A stretch of 64,000 bases of DNA, taken from NCBI RefSeq assembly GCF_009914755.1, contig NC_060931.1; one strand, written 5' to 3'. The translations under genes and the position numbers were made by a program. This document shows, piece after piece, positions 1-16,937 of this stretch (positions are counted from its first letter, which is position 1; the number at the start of each line of letters is the position of its first letter). Below the pieces are notes generated by a model. The model made no database searches. It was given only the letters and a program-made list of their open reading frames with translations, and had not been told where the DNA came from. This stretch comes from the human T2T-CHM13v2.0 reference genome, Homo sapiens.

Positions 1-1499
1 ATACTACATCAAACTGTCTCTTCATCAGAATATGGAAGAGGAGTAGGAAGGGCAAACTTTGCAGCTAGGAGACCAGTTAATAGGCTCAAGACCCAGAAGT
101 GTTTAAGTCTGAGGGCTTGATGTGGCAGCAGCAGTGGGGAAAAAGAAGGGAATGGATTAGAAACAGTGGAGTGGAGGCAGAATGAACAGAACTTTGGGCC
201 TCAGTTTATTTTCTGTTTAAAAATAAATAAGAATATTATAGAAGATACAGACTGTCTTAGATCCTTGCCTGAATGAAAGCTCTGTGATGATTCTTCTCTG
301 TAGTGATTGTGGTATGTATTTATTTCATGGAATTAATGTATTTTTGAAAATATTCCCTAAATGCTTCTTTTGGAGATTCAAAGTTGTGACATTTATTTAC
401 TACATTAGCAATGCCCAACTCCAATTTCAAGACAACCAAGATTGTCACCAGGTGTCACAAAGTAGCTTTAAAATTATCAAAATAAAGATGTGCATATCTT
501 TTAATAGGCCTCTCCTCAAATAGAATGATGAAAGAAAAGAAAATACTAAAAGCATGGTGAAAATAATTCAGAAAACCTGGGCAGCAACCATAAAATGTAA
601 AAGTATTACAATAATTCAATATGACCCAAAGCTTTTTTTTCTTGAATTTGCTCAATAATCGCCTCATTAATTTGCACTGATTCATAAGGGCATTTATTAT
701 TGAAGAAACATAAAAACCTCTTAGTTCATGTTTGAAAGTAGTTGCCTATTTTTATCTCATGGAATGTTTTAAAAATTCACTTCAGTCCGGGCATTTCAGA
801 AGAGCCTTTTATTTCAGTGTTATTTATTACATGCCCTTTAGATTGGCTTTGACCACACCCCAGTTTGAGGTTTCTGAAAACAAAAAACAAAAAACAAACA
901 AACAAAAAACTGTCCTTAGGATCCTGTAAGATAAATAGGCCATTCCCTTTTCACGGTCCCCGTCTCCCAGCAGTTTCCATTTCCCGCTGTTACCCTGCAA
1001 GCCATCACAGCCTTCTAGCTTACTGCTCCATTTATGTGTCTACTGCCTTCCACCCTTTCCATTTTAAAACAAAACAAACCAACAGACAACGCAGATAAGA
1101 GTTGTTCTCATTTCAGCAACCAGACCCTAGCTTGAAGTTTCCTGAGCTTTTCCCTGCAGTATTTCCTTAACGATTTTCTCTTTTCTTCACAGGCTTTTTG
1201 TCTGATTATCTGGAGGCTCTCTAGACAGCGTCAGTCATTCTCTCTAATGTACTCGTGTTTTTGGAACCTTTTTCCAGAACAACCAGCCTGTGTTTTCAGT
1301 TCACTTCCCATTCCTGTCTTCGCTGCCATCCATCCCACAACCTTATCCCTTTCAGTCTCCCTCACCAGGCTAGCTGGTCACCATTCTGGACTTTGGATCT
1401 GCTGGTCTAGGCTACCATCCAATGTGAGCCCCACACTTGCCAGGCAACCTGTTCCCAAGTTCCCAGTCTTCTTGGGGAGGTGATAGCACTACCTGCATT

Positions 1500-1682
1500 T
1501 TCCCAGCCACTTACTACAGTATGACCTGGGGTAAATTAGTTTCTCTAGGCATTAGTTTTCTTTCTGTTATATTGGGATACGAATAATCTTACGACACTCT
1601 AAGTTGTGTAACCATTAAATGATATAATACATTTAAAACCATTAGAGTACCTAACAGATTATAACTGCTCAATAAATTATCT
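1500..1682 (+). mobile_element. MIR SINE
   Basis: gccacttactacagtatgacctgggg...ttagttttctttctgtta...gctcaataaat resembles the MIR core and 3' end. Confidence 0.65.
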
Positions 1683-2637
1683 TGTGCTTTGCCTCTGTGT
1701 AATGAGCACTGTACATCCACTGATTTTCATGATTTTGTATTATCTACAATAAGACCAGGTAAGGATATTGCCTCCTCCTACTACTTAAAAAAGAAAGAAA
1801 GAAAGAAAAAGAACTCTAGGTGGTTTAGGAAGGAAATGGGAAGAGTTTTCTCATAAGCCTCCCATACAAACACTCATACTAATTTTTTCTTTTAAAAACT
1901 AAAGAAATTAACACACTAACAAGAGCATATGTTGTCATTTTAAATATGTATGTATAATAAATTTTATATTTATAGATTGACTTCTTTCCTATCAAATGCA
2001 AAGTATTTCTCTGACATAAATCACAGTTAGTCTTACCTTACTTGACATAATTATGGTTGTAATTATTTCAATAAATATTTTCTCTTTAACACATATAGAT
2101 ACATACTTGTATAATGTTTTGAGTATATATTAATTCATGTTTACAAACAAATGCCTTAAAAGTTCTGAATATTATGCCTTGACTTAAAACAGATTCTTAT
2201 GATGAATTAATGGGTTTTAACTTTAATTTTTGAAAATTGGTAATAAATCAGCATCATTATGGAAATTCATCAAAATTGCTGATTTAGTCAGGTTTTGAAA
2301 TTCATTTTTTATATTATGTTGTCATCTAGCATTGGAATAATAACCACAAGTTTCATTAACTGAGAAGCAGAAACTAGAAAATGAGATGTAAACCAGTGAA
2401 CTGTGAAAATGATGATATATTCACATATACTCTATTGAAAATGATTTTGCATTCTCTGCTAATGCAGATGTGATATGGGATTGTTGAGGTGGAATTATTT
2501 AAGGGGCTGCTTAAGAATTTAAGCATATATGATATTCATACATTGACTAAAGAAGATTTTAGTGAAAATTATTTTCTTAGAATCACTGAGCATTAGTACT
2601 TGAATGAATTAGTACTTAAAGTTAACCTAGTCTGTCC

Positions 2638-2844
2638 CAGGAGTCAGCAAACTTTTTCTTACAGGGCCAGGTACTAAATATCATAGCCTATGGGTCAGAT
2701 GGTCTCTGTCAACTATTCAGCTCAGCTGTTTAGTGCATAAGCATCTATAGGCAATATGTGAGTGAATGGATGTAGCTGTTTTCCACCAAAATTTAATTAC
2801 AAAGACAAATGCCTGGCTCTCAGGCCATAGTTTGCTGACCCCAG
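2638..2844 (+). mobile_element. MER58A-like non-autonomous hAT-Charlie DNA transposon
   Basis: Terminal inverted repeats caggagtcagcaaac ... gtttgctgaccccag; internal sequence matches recalled MER58A. Confidence 0.8.
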
Positions 2845-3282
2845 ATCTCAGGCCCCTCATCATACACATAGTGAAACCAACACTAGAAAGCTTAAGTCAC
2901 TTAATCAAGGAGAAATAACAAAATAACAAACCTAGATAGTGCCAGAACCTCTACCAGGCATTTAGTTTTGCCATATGACAAGTCTTCCAATATGCATGCT
3001 AATGCTCTAAGAACAACAGCATGTTTATCATTATAGTATTTAGCCAAAGAATTCTAACTAGTTGGTTTTCCACATCTATTAATTTCACTTAAAGTTGTTA
3101 TTTCCCAGAAAACCATATTGTTTTTATTTTCTATGCAAAAAGAGAAAAAACAGAAAAAAATGTAATTCCTATACTGTATATGAAAGTTAATTATTTGAAT
3201 ATTTTCTGTCTTCTTTGGAATGCTTATATTAAAATATTATTTCTGTTATTTAAAAATTATATATATGTGTGTGTGTGTATAG

Positions 3283-3600
3283 TTTTTTTATTTGTTTGTT
3301 TTGTTTTGTTTTGTTTTGTTTAGATGGAGTTTCACTATTGTTGTCCAGGCTGGAGCAGTGATGCGATCTCGGCTCACTGCAACTGCACCTCCGGGGTTTA
3401 AGTGATTCTCTGTCTCCGCTTCCTGAGTAGCTGGGTTTACAGGCGCCCGCCACCACACTTGGCCAATTTTTTGTATTTTTAGTAGAGATGGGGTTTCATC
3501 ATGTTGGCCAGGCTGGTCTTGACCTCCTAACCTCAGGTGATCCACCTGCCATGGCCTCCTAAAGTGCTGGGATTACAGGCATGAGCCACTGCGCCCGGCC
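3283..3600 (-). mobile_element. AluS (Sp/Sq-like) with (TTTTG)n tail
   Basis: Full dimeric Alu in reverse, ending gcgcccggcc at 3600. Confidence 0.92.
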
Positions 3601-4183
3601 AAATGAAATATATTTTTTAAAAAATCTGTGCCGTTTAGGATATATATAAATTAGGCATAATTTATTGAACTTAAAAAATTCAGGGATAATTAAATAAAAT
3701 CAAATATTACCTTAACATGTTTCAGTGTCTTCTGGACTTAATTCCTTTTTATTTATGTTCAAAGAATACCCTTATTCAGTAGAAAGACTACTGAATGAAT
3801 CTAAACATTTTTAAGGGATTTTGGTTTCTTATAAAAAGTAGCACTGTTGAAAGTCTGGACAGAAACCAAAACAAAGATGTTACATACAAAGGAAAGAAAA
3901 GGATATTTTAATTGTAATCTTGAAACTACTTTTCCACCTTAAACAACACCATAGGATGGCAAATGTATTTAAAAAACAAACAAACAAAAAACATAGACCT
4001 GTCCTCAGGGCGCCCAATTTTCTGGAAAGGATACACTTCCTATTAAGTCAAATAAGAGGGAGGGAGTTGGTGGGTACCCACATCTCATAGTGATTATATG
4101 AGTAGATTGGGCATTTAAGTCTTTTATTGTTATTGTTACTGTTATTCGCATTGAGGAATGTTCCAATTAAACAATAAAATTAA

Positions 4184-4470
<287 letters not shown>

Positions 4471-4559
4471 AACAATAAAAATAATTTTAATAAAGGTAGA
4501 TCATTTATTGTCTATATTTTGAAGATAATATTGTGCCATGGTCAGACTTGCTAGTGTAA

Positions 4560-4990
4560 TAATCCAATAAGAGATGATATGAGGACCTAAGAAGGAGGAA
4601 GAAAAGAGGGAAAATTATAAAGTAAAATCCACTGGGTTTTGTGATTTTGTAAGTGCAGAGAGACTACACCAAAACAAGACTTCCAGCTTTGGTGAATGGA
4701 TGGATGGTGATGTGTAGCAGTCAGCTGGAGACGCTAGAGGATGTAGTACTGGTTAGAAAATTGGAGACAGGAGAAATGTTCAATTGAGATACCTGTGGAC
4801 TATCATGGAAGATCTAAGTGGACATTTTTGATTTAGAAACATGAAGCTTTAGGGGAAGATTGATGCTAGCTATATGTGTTTGGGATCATCAGTATATATA
4901 GATAGTAACTTAAGCCATGGGAGTAAATGGAGTCATTCAGGGAAACCTTGTCAAGTAGAGAGAAAAGATTAAAGGCTAGAACACCATAAG
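4560..4990 (-). mobile_element. L2 LINE fragment
   Basis: ttgagatacctgtggac...tgggatcatcagtatatatagat...aagccatgggagt resembles reverse L2. Confidence 0.55.
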
Positions 4991-5899
4991 AAAATATTTG
5001 TTTGTTGGTTGTTTATTGATACATTATAGAAGCAGCAATAGAGTATCTTCAAACAGTGTTACCACATCATAAGATATTTAATATAGTATAAATCCTGTAG
5101 GAGGGAGAATATTCCATTAAAAAATTATATCAAAAATGAGATTCTTGGCCAGTCTTTGGCTGTGGAATGGGAATGAAATCCAAAAGCCTTCACCCCGTGG
5201 ACTGATTCATGGAATAGAGAAGGCCTCAAGTCTTTCCCTTCCCAGTGTAACTGTCTTATGGTAAAATATTATCCAAGCATTTTATGTCTGTTTGGAGTCA
5301 AGTGATAAAGGAACCTTTCTCCTAGAAATATTGATTTTGTGATTAACTAAGAGCAAGACTTTTTTTTTTCTGATTAATTTGGGGAGTAAGGTGTGTTGAG
5401 AGAGAGGTGTGGGAGTTGCTCTATAATATAATATGAAACCACTGACCAACACAAAGCTTTGGCCCATTTTCTGGAATGACTCTGAAGTAATGAAAGATAC
5501 TATTTCTATACCGTATTTTTGTTGACTCTGCAAATTCAGCTAGATTTGCTGTTATTAATTTCACTTAGTTAGAAAGGAGTAAGTCAGTGTTGCCACTTCC
5601 TTCTCAATTCTTTAGTCAAAGCAAAGGAATGGGAATGATCATTTCTGAACCTTATCCTAGGTTCAGCAATTTTCTCCATAGAGTTAAAGAGATTGCTTAA
5701 ATCCCTAGCCAATTTTACCACCTACAAAAAAAAGGATGCACTGGAATTTGAAGGAATAATTAAATGTACATGGAATATAAGTTCTAGTTTACATCTGTGT
5801 ACAGCTAAAAGAAAAGAACCTTGGCTGTTTTTGGAACTTGAAACAGTTACTAGTAAAGTGCATTTGCTCCTGGACTCTTTTGGTGTATTCTCTGTATTA

Positions 5900-6340
5900 A
5901 TTCTGGCTGGAGTTATATTGAGTGCCTGTAGGACATCTAGCACCTATGCCTAGTAAGGAATTACATAGAACCAGGTCTGAAGCCCAAAGACAAGTATAAG
6001 CTGGAGGTAAAATCTTGGGAGAAATCATCTATGGATGGCAGTTAAAAAACTCAAAATAAGGCCCAGTGACCTATAAAGTGTATATATTTGAGAAAGCACT
6101 GGTTTGAGCGTATGTGTATATAACCATAGGCAAAACCAGCATTTAAGGGGCAAAAAGGGGTAGGTCCCAGAAGGAGACCAAGTCATTCCTGGTTAACTAT
6201 CCTATATCTGAGAAATAAAGGGAGAAAATGTAGAAGAAAGGGAGTGGTCAGCAGAGTCTAATGCAGCAGAGGCTGTTATGATGAGGCCTGAAGAGTCTCC
6301 ATTGTTTGGTGCTGAATGGCTGGTCTGCGTAGGGAAAATG
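5900..6340 (-). mobile_element. L2 LINE fragment
   Basis: tgagtgcctgtaggacatctag...ctggaggtaaaatcttggga...gagtggtcagcagagtctaatgc. Confidence 0.5.
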
Positions 6341-9300
6341 TCAGGAGCACTGTCCCGTGGTTTATTCTGTGTCCATGCCAGAGGGTAGAACCAGGCTCAG
6401 GGTAGCAGCAGATATTATCTATAAGATAACCATCTTATAGAGATGTGAGGAGGAATTTTTTTATTGGATAAGAGGTTAGCTATAAAGCTTCTTAACTCCT
6501 CCAGAAATCCAAGATTCTGCTATGCTAGTATCAGGGTAGCTCAACTTTGAATTATTGGCAGTAGGGCTTGAATAGCAGGATTATCCCTTTTACTCTGGGG
6601 TCTTTCATTAGTTAGAAATGTCAACACTGTAAAGTTGGATACACTGAATTTTATGCAAGCCATTTTAGGTGCCCATCGGAATTGTACCCCTTCATGAGCA
6701 CACACTCAGCCAAAGCAGCAACGTGCATATAACCTGCACTTGTCTGGTTAGCACTTTGCTTTTTGTCTTTTAAATCAAACTAAACATTAATATAAGAAGT
6801 TTTGATAATAATCCATGAACTGCGTCTTTTTTAAAAGGTAGTGTAGCTCTGTTCCTGTAGTGTAACCATAGCAACTGACAAAGAACAGAGAAAGAAAGCT
6901 TTCACACATGCTGTGCTAATTAATCCTGTCCTACAGTTTTCTTTCAACTGAAGAATGCAGTTTAATAAATTTTGCATGAGTAAGCATGTTTTGATGCATG
7001 AACTGTATAAACATATAGCAATATCTTTACCAAAAATATTTGTTAAAAATGTAGTTATATATATTTATACTTCAAAGTCTCTTTCTCTCCTCTTTTGTTC
7101 ATTCTTTTCTTTCTCTTTCTTTGCTTCTTTTTGTCTTTCTTTTATTTTTATTTTTTGAGTCATTGTTTTAATGATTTTCTCCCTTCCTGAAAAGTTTTGG
7201 GATTTTCTTATCCTATTAACCAAACAGACATTTTTAGGGTAAAAATTTTTTGTTCATCAATATAGAGGACACTTTCTACAATAAATTGTTTTAATTGACT
7301 GTGTTCAAATGAGATGAGAGAATTTTTCTCAAGCAATGTAGAATAATGTATCTTAAAAATATAATAACATTCTTCACTCTGACACATTTACATGCAAACC
7401 ATTTTAAGAGACTCAGTCTTAAGCTTTGAAAAGTTAGATATTGAAAGTTATTTTTACTGTTATTTTGGGAAGTTATGTGGCTCATCTGAATAAAATTGGA
7501 GTAGTCTTTGGCCTAAACATGTGGGAAAAAAGACAGTAATGTAGATAAAGCACTTTTTTCTATTTGTAGTTTCCAAAAATATTTAACCAGTCTAGCAAAC
7601 TCATATTCAGAGTGAGCATAGTTGATCTGAAATTACATGTGGTTATTTTGATTTATACTACTTCTAGATTATTTTGAGGTCTTATTTTCCCCTTTACAAC
7701 TGGGAACATCACAGTTTTTTTATAACTAGCCTGGTCTGAGCTGTCAATGAAAATCTTCAATTTTTTTTCATTCTCTCATCCTTCTGGCTTAGCTTTCTGA
7801 CAACAGGGCCTCAGGAAAACCAAGAGAATCAAGCTGGAATGTTTGTAGCATCCCATTTGACTTGACAACAGCATATGGAACAAGTCAGAACCTATTTCAG
7901 GACTTGTGCCTGGCTCTTTAGTCTCCATATGGAACCATAGGCATTTGAGGAACCAACCCTTTTGATGGGGTTACCAAGTTCTGGAGACACTTTATCATCT
8001 TGATTGTCCTATCTATTGTTCAATTTTGCCTGAATTAATGTAGGATAAAACCTTGCAGAGGAAAGAAGGAAGAGGTTGTTATAGAAATCTATTATCAAAA
8101 ATAATTACTCCATTCATGTGGAGAAAAATTGGGGACCAGGAATGTGTAAGTATGTCTGTGTGGTATAATCTGTACATTTTAATATGGAATACTTGTAAAT
8201 ATCAACCAATTTATAGTATACCATTGCATTATTATTAAAACTGACTGGTAGAAAAAAATTAGGGCACTGTAACCATGGCTGAATTAATTAGAAATTCTTT
8301 GTCTTACCAGCTGTCTTATTAACTTTAAAATTTACATATAATACTGAAAATGGAATGCTACATTTAATAAATAAGAAAAAGCCATTTCCTTACTACATAA
8401 AAATTTTTAAATAGAACATTAAAATGAATATGTTATGGTAGGTTCACTGTAAAAATGTTTTAAGTGCTATAAACATAACAGTAAATAATACTTTATACTT
8501 GTCACTAATGAATACAGCTAGATAGAAAGCTGTCACACAGGTTTTTTTCTTTTAAAAAATGACATCTATAGATTTTGTGATTTTTAAAATAATTGCACAT
8601 TCATTCCACAAATCTTGGGAAAACACTCAGAAAAACTTACTAAAAAATAAAGATAATCCCATATTCCAGAGGTAACCACTGAAGACATTTAAATGTATTT
8701 TCTGCCAAACTTTTTTCTTTTTTTTTTTTAGAGGGAAAAAAAAACAGACCTACAAATATTTTTTCTGTGCATGAGTATTTATGGTTATGAGGTCAAATTG
8801 CGTATACCTTTTCACTTAACATCTTCCCAGTTTAAAAAAATTCTTAGAGGACATTTTAATTTATCATATATAATCTCATCAATGTATGTACCAGATTTGA
8901 CTATTCCTTTATAGTTATTTATTTAGATGTTTTTTCAAAAGAGCTTCTGCAATAAGCATTTCCTAGTGAGTATTTGACAGAACACTGAAACCACAAGAAA
9001 TTTTAGGACAATTCTTTGGGGAAAGTATTATACTCTCCTCTTGCAGATTCACAATACGCATTAGAACAATTAAGAAAACTGAGAAGTTTCACAATTTAAG
9101 GATTCTTTAAGTTTCTAAATCTGTTTTTTCTCAGTTATTTGACCAAGGAACCCTTTCTCACAATACTTATAAATCTGAAAAATTCAAGAGACTTCTAAGC
9201 TCCTGTGTTATGATAGTTTGTGAATTATTTGTTTACTCTGCTGATATTTTATTAGATTCATGACATCAGTGCTTTATTAGGAAATAGAAATGTTTTAATG

Positions 9301-9488
9301 GTTATTAGCATGTGTTAAAAACAGAAACCACAATATGCTTTCCCCAGTTTTCTATTAACCTTGATACTGCACTCCTGATTCTGTATTAAAAGGTCGGGTT
9401 TGACCTTTAAGAATGTGAACGTTCAAATTTAAATTCCCTTGTTTTGCTAATGCCTGTTAAACTTCTTTATGTTTCATATAACCCACAG

Positions 9489-9609
9489 GTCTTGCAAGAG
9501 CAAAATCCGTCCCTAGCCACACATACTCCAACGAAGTGGTTACCTTGTGGTACAGACCTCCAGATGTCCTTCTAGGCTCAACAGAATATTCCACCTGCCT
9601 TGACATGTG
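9489..9609 (+). CDS. CDK14: CDK14 coding exon (121 nt; activation segment, subdomains VII-IX)
   Basis: acccacag|GTCTTGCA...GACATGTG|gtgaga. Translates (G)[39 protein letters not shown](W). Phase 1 in, phase 2 out. Confidence 0.96.
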
Positions 9610-10623
9610 GTGAGAAATGGAAGCTTTACTCTAGCTAATCTATCTGTAGTGCTTGGTCTGGGTCAAGCCTAGACAAACATCCTAACAGTTTGAATGAAGA
9701 TTAATGGTGCAGGAGTGTTTGCCTGCATGTGGCCATGCTGCTGGATGTTTTAAAACATGATTGGGAATGTTCTCTAATTAGAGTCTCCTTTGCAGATGCT
9801 GTGTGGTAATGGTTCTTGATGGACAGGGGCAGAGACATTTTTCTAACTGTCAGTATCATGATTTTTCTCTCCCTAAGAGTCTTAATTTGTGGCTGTATCT
9901 TATAACAAGGGAAGTATGTATCTCCAGACGGCAACAGGATTGGAGTAGCAGGGAGTATGTTTAAATTTGCAACAAAGCTCTGATGAGTGGTCTGAAAATT
10001 TTGGTGTAACTGTTAGGCACCAGTTTGACTCACAGTATGTACTTGAAAACTTCTGACACTAGTTATCCAAAATGAAATAAAATGACTACTTTTAAAAAAT
10101 ATTATATGTTTAATTTTAGGTCTCACTTTCACAAATGCTTTAGCAAAGCTTAAAAATCTATTTTATGAGGTCCAATGACTGTCAAGATTTAATTCATAAT
10201 TAGCATTAATGATAAACTATGCTGAGTTCCCAACTAAGTGTGATCCAAATCAAACAATCAAATAAGGGAATAATCTAATTTTTGGCATGAAGGACGGACT
10301 GTTGAACATATCTTTTATTAATAAAATAATTTCTTTTCAGACTCACAGTTGTGTCCAAAGTAAAACAATTTACATAGCACATGGCTATTTTTTTATTTTT
10401 ATGTATTTATTTATTATTATTATACTTTAAGTTTTAGGGTACATGTGCACAATGTGAAGGTTAGTTACATATGTATACGTGTGCCATGCTGGTGCGCTGC
10501 ACCCACTAACTCTTCATCTAGCGTTAGGTATATCTCCCAATGCTGTCCCTCCCCCCTCCCCCCAACCCACAACAGTCCCCAGAGTGTGATGTTCCCCTTC
10601 CTGCATCCATGTGTTCTCATTGT

Positions 10624-11762
<1,139 letters not shown>

Positions 11763-14689
11763 TGATTATGCCCCCATATGTAGAATTCCACTGTGTATTC
11801 ATATAATTTTATGACCTCAGTAAAACTGCAGTATGTGTTGTTTATCTTACTGTTGTATACTTACTTACTTCAGTGCTCTACCCCCCGTAATCTTGGCTTT
11901 TCATAAATTGGCCTGTGATGAGGCCTGGCTTCTTTCCTGATGTTTTTGATCCAAAAACGTTATGGTGAGAAAACAATCAAGTTTCTCATGATCTAGGGCA
12001 CAGTGCAGATTTTTTTATGTTCTAGCAGCCCTCCCTAAGAATGAGATTTAGGGATTTGTAAAGCCACTGAGGATACCTGCAACATTTTGTGTACATGAGA
12101 ACGTATTTATTTTTATTGAAGTGTAGCTCTAAAGCTTTCTAGTAGAGCTACAAGAAAATCAGATAATCATACAGATCTGTTGTCATAAATTTTGTAACAT
12201 CTTGTAATAAATCTAATACCATTTTAATGATATTCTAAAACACTGAGACTAAAGATGATCATCTGTCATTAAGGGGCTGAGCTAATCTATTTTGTCACAC
12301 TTCCTGGCTTTTTTGGGGGGATGGTTGTTTACACAGTTAGATCTTTTTTTCCCAACACAGGGATTTGGGTAAAATAGATATTTACATAATTAGTGTAATG
12401 GCAGAAAAAGTTGAAAATAAAGGCCAATGAATGCATCAGGATATTAGTTACTTTCTCATCCCTTTCCTACTTCCTGACTTATAGTTGGCTCTGCAGATAT
12501 TCATTACTTAAGATTCTTGTGTTATGGGGCTTTTTCTCTATTTTTTGAGTATGGAAATTCTAGGTTGTCTTTCAATGAGGTCAGTTAGGGACTCTGCTAA
12601 TAAAACATTGGTTGGAAACATCTGTGGCTTGGAGCCAGTTTTTGTCTTAGTTGCTTGGCAGTTCAGTTAAGATTCTACCCTCAGAACATTTTTTACATAC
12701 TAGTGGCTAATTTTTCCCAAACCTTTAAAAGCACCAAGAACCAAATGGACTGTGACATAATATGTGTGTTTCTGAGGTGTAGCTCAGTATTTGATTTCCA
12801 GCGTGTGCTACTTTTTCTTGCCCGTGTGTCACTTTTTCTTCCTCGTGTGTGTGTGTTCATTCTCTCAAGGAAGATAGCTTGGACACTTTCTGCCAATTTG
12901 CTTTGAACAGAGACATAATGGAAGCACAAGAAGAGTAAGTGGAAAGGAGGAAAACTGATAGAAAATGGTAGACCCCAAATGCCCTTTTGTCTACGTGCCA
13001 AGATTATTCATTGCCAGAACCAAATAGCAAATGTGTTATGTCTGAACAGCTTCCCATGCTTACTGGCTCTTCACTTCCAAGCCTTAAAATCTATGTTATA
13101 TCTATGGTACACCTGCCTGTCTGAATCTGATTTCAAGCCATTTTCTAAAAGCTATCTTGTTATTATCCTATAAGTCAAATAAAATGTGTTTTTCCAGTTA
13201 GAAGTTCACAGGCACTGATTTTTGCATAATCAATGACATTGATGCTGGGTATTGAGAGAACTAGAAATGGGACTATAATTGAGTCATGGCTCAGCTGCAG
13301 CAAAGAGAAGTGCAAATATTAACCCATGGAGAATAGCAGGGAGGCAGGTGGCAGTAGTTTCAGGCTTTCTTACAGTTCATTTATCAGCATGGGGCAGTAA
13401 GGTAGTAACTAAAAACTAATGATCCCTATACAGTGTTACATTTTCCAGTTTTCTGTTTAAATAGCCACAGGAAATAAAAAAATGAATGAAGACACATATG
13501 CATTATCATTTGTCAGCAAGTGATGGAAATCAGAGCTGGCCGTGTTACGATTTCCTCCTCCAGGTCTCCAACACTTGCAATGAACAAACAACCCTGTGTG
13601 ATTTGGGAACTCATCAAGATAGATAGTTTTTGATACTTTTATGAAAATAGATAGTTTTTGATTGTTTTATCTCCCTCTGTAAAGGAAATTTTAAGCAGAG
13701 GAATCAAATTGAACATTTCCTTTGTATAACTTCTCTTAATTTTTGGATTTATAACTCTGTGAAAGTCAAGGCATAGGAAATCATTGCTAAGCTTCTAAAC
13801 CAAAAAGGCTTACTAAGTTTTGAAAGCCACATTAAGAGAAGTGCAGATGTAGCAAGCAGCTTATCTATGTAGTTCTTCCCTTGCTAGGAAGCTCTGCTCA
13901 AGCTGTTGAGGTCATTGTTCCAAATAAGCTTTATATTCCTCTATAGAGGAATATAAATTTTTAAAATAGGGTTAATTTTTAAAATAGGGTGACTAAGTCA
14001 CCTGCAGCAAATAAATGATTATCTCATCAAGACCACAGTGCTTTGGGGGTGGGTAAAATATATAGTAGCACTACCCTGAGGTATCAACTACAGTACTCCC
14101 CAACACCCCAACAGTGTATGAAGAATGATAGCATGCCAGTCTCTTCCTTTCATCATCTTTTAAAAAGCTAATTAACATATTAACTATGCTTGTCAAAATG
14201 TGGGGCAAATCATTTATAAATAAGCCTGTCAAATGTAATGAGATTGCATATTAAATCATCCGTTTCTCTATTACATCTCTGATTTAAGATTAAAATTAAT
14301 TTATTTAACATTGTAGCAGCTGGGTGGTTAGAAAAAATTTCCATACCACTCTTGATATATAGAAAAATGTCCACATCAAAATTGATTTCGCATATGTTAG
14401 AAAAGAAATTGCCTGTTTATTAAGTATTGAAAGGCCATTTAGCATTGCTTTTTTATTAAATAAGCCTAATCACCATACATATTGGCAGTGTACAAAGTTC
14501 TGCCATTATCTTTAATGATCTTTCTTGAGCCAAGGAAATGTATATAATAAAATAATGTTTCTTAGGATTTAGGTTTATTTGCTAATGTTTTAAGGTAGAG
14601 AATCACAAATTAGCCCTACCATAGCCCCTACTTTGAAAATAAATTTGTTCTATATGAGGTCCTGTGGTTTGATTTGAGACTTGAGTAAT

Positions 14690-14895
14690 AATAATAGTAA
14701 CAGCAATAGGTACTTCTATTGAACACAAACTGTATTCTGAGCCCTGTTATGCATTTTAATTACTTACCTATTTTACCATGATACAGTGAAAGAAAACCAA
14801 ACCCAGAGATACTAAATAATATGGGTAAGGTCTTGCAGTTAGTAAATAGAGCACTCATTCAAACTCAGAGATAACCTACTCCAAGCCCTTTCTTT
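14690..14895 (-). mobile_element. MIR SINE
   Basis: tattgaacac...agaaaaccaaacccagagatactaaataat...aaggtcttgcagttagtaaatagagc resembles reverse MIR. Confidence 0.55.
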
Positions 14896-15977
14896 TTACA
14901 AGACACTACATAATCTCTTAAGATGATTTATTTAAAATTTGGTCTTTATTTTACCACTAGAGCAACTCCAAAACACAAATACAGCAAAACATATATTTTA
15001 TAATTTAGGTTATACTCTGAGTCATGTCCTTTGCATAACTAAAATATAGTGGGTGTCTTTCACTCTCACTCAACAGTCTTTGGACTGTTTTTCTCTCCTG
15101 ACATTGTTTTAAGACATTTTACTATACAGTTTTATGCAAGGAAGAGTTTTTTAAAAAAAATAAACCAAGGAATCCCTGGATTGAATACATTTTCACAGGA
15201 CTAGTACTTATGCTGGCATGTATTAATATTTTCCCAATTCCTAGCCATTACTCATTTATTACTTTTGCTAAAATGAATGAGTTCATTTTAAACCAAAGGA
15301 TAGTAAGAATGAGAATTTGAGTTGATGAGTTATGTTGAATCATCTATCTGTCAGCACTGTTTGTACTATTTCTAATTAATCAGGTCATAAGACCAAGGAA
15401 CATATGAATTAGTTACTGTCAAATGTAACACCTCTTTAAGAGTTCTTGAGAACTGCTCAAATAATGCATGATCCAAGTGACTTGTTGGTGTAGCCAACGA
15501 AATGCAATGCAACATAACAAAAGAACTGGGGACAGTCAGAAGGGCATCCAGGAGATTGAAGCTGATGGTTTCTAAGCCCACTCTCACTACGGAAGCCCCT
15601 TAAAATTAGGATGACCCTGTATTTTATTATTATACCAGGACACCATTGAGAGTTAATAATTCTGCCAGGATAATAGGTGTAAAACAGAGATAATTGTGAC
15701 ATGTGGTCACCTTTCTCATAACGCACTAGAGCAATAATTTACTAAATACTACTAATCAGAATAGACTTAACACATTTGAGTGTTTAATTCACACTAAGGA
15801 CTACTGATTACAAACTCAAATTCCTTGTTACAAACTTAATGTTACATTGCCTAATACAAATTATCTCTGTAAGTACAGTTCTCTCATATTAGGTTATTGT
15901 GGCATTTTAGAGTGGCTACTAAAGTGCCGAATTTAGTGATAGCTTTGGCATGCTGAAAGGAAGCACCTCTATTTTTA

Positions 15978-16390
<413 letters not shown>

Positions 16391-16875
16391 TCATTTATTG
16401 GCAATAAATTAGCTGAATGATAATATGTAAAATGAGGCATTGTTCACTACCAAATATTTTTAAGAACAAATAAAAATTTCCCCATTTTAAATCAATGTTT
16501 GCAAAATAATTGGCTATCCACAAACTGGTTTTGGGGTGATTTTTTAAACAGCCAATCACAGAGACTCAGTTTCATGACATTATTATAACCCTTGGTGCAT
16601 TCAGCTGCCTCACTGGTTTGTGAGAATAACAAGAGATGGTTACATGTAAAATTTTTTAAGAAATATAAAACTCCCCAAATGTTGAGAACAGTGTTCTTAT
16701 CAACTCTTAGAACGTCAATCAGCCAAGCTAAATATACTGCATTTCTATTGGGGTACAGCATCCAAGGGTGCTATGGGATATATAAAAGCTGCTCTATTTG
16801 GTTTTAGGGAAATTAACATACTGCCTGTGTCTTGAGAATCAAAAATAATTTTTGGCCCAGGATATTCTCATCTTA

Positions 16876-16878
<3 letters not shown>

Positions 16879-16918
<40 letters not shown>
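16879..16918. repeat. (GT)20 microsatellite
   Basis: Uninterrupted GT run. Confidence 0.95.
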
Positions 16919-16921
<3 letters not shown>

Positions 16922-16937
16922 AATTTAGAAATATATA

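Noticed and set aside
1165-1200. Strong-looking 3' splice site (cttaac...ttttctcttttcttcacag)
   Set aside because: No convincing donor at a normal exon distance and no CDK-like translation; treated as a decoy site.
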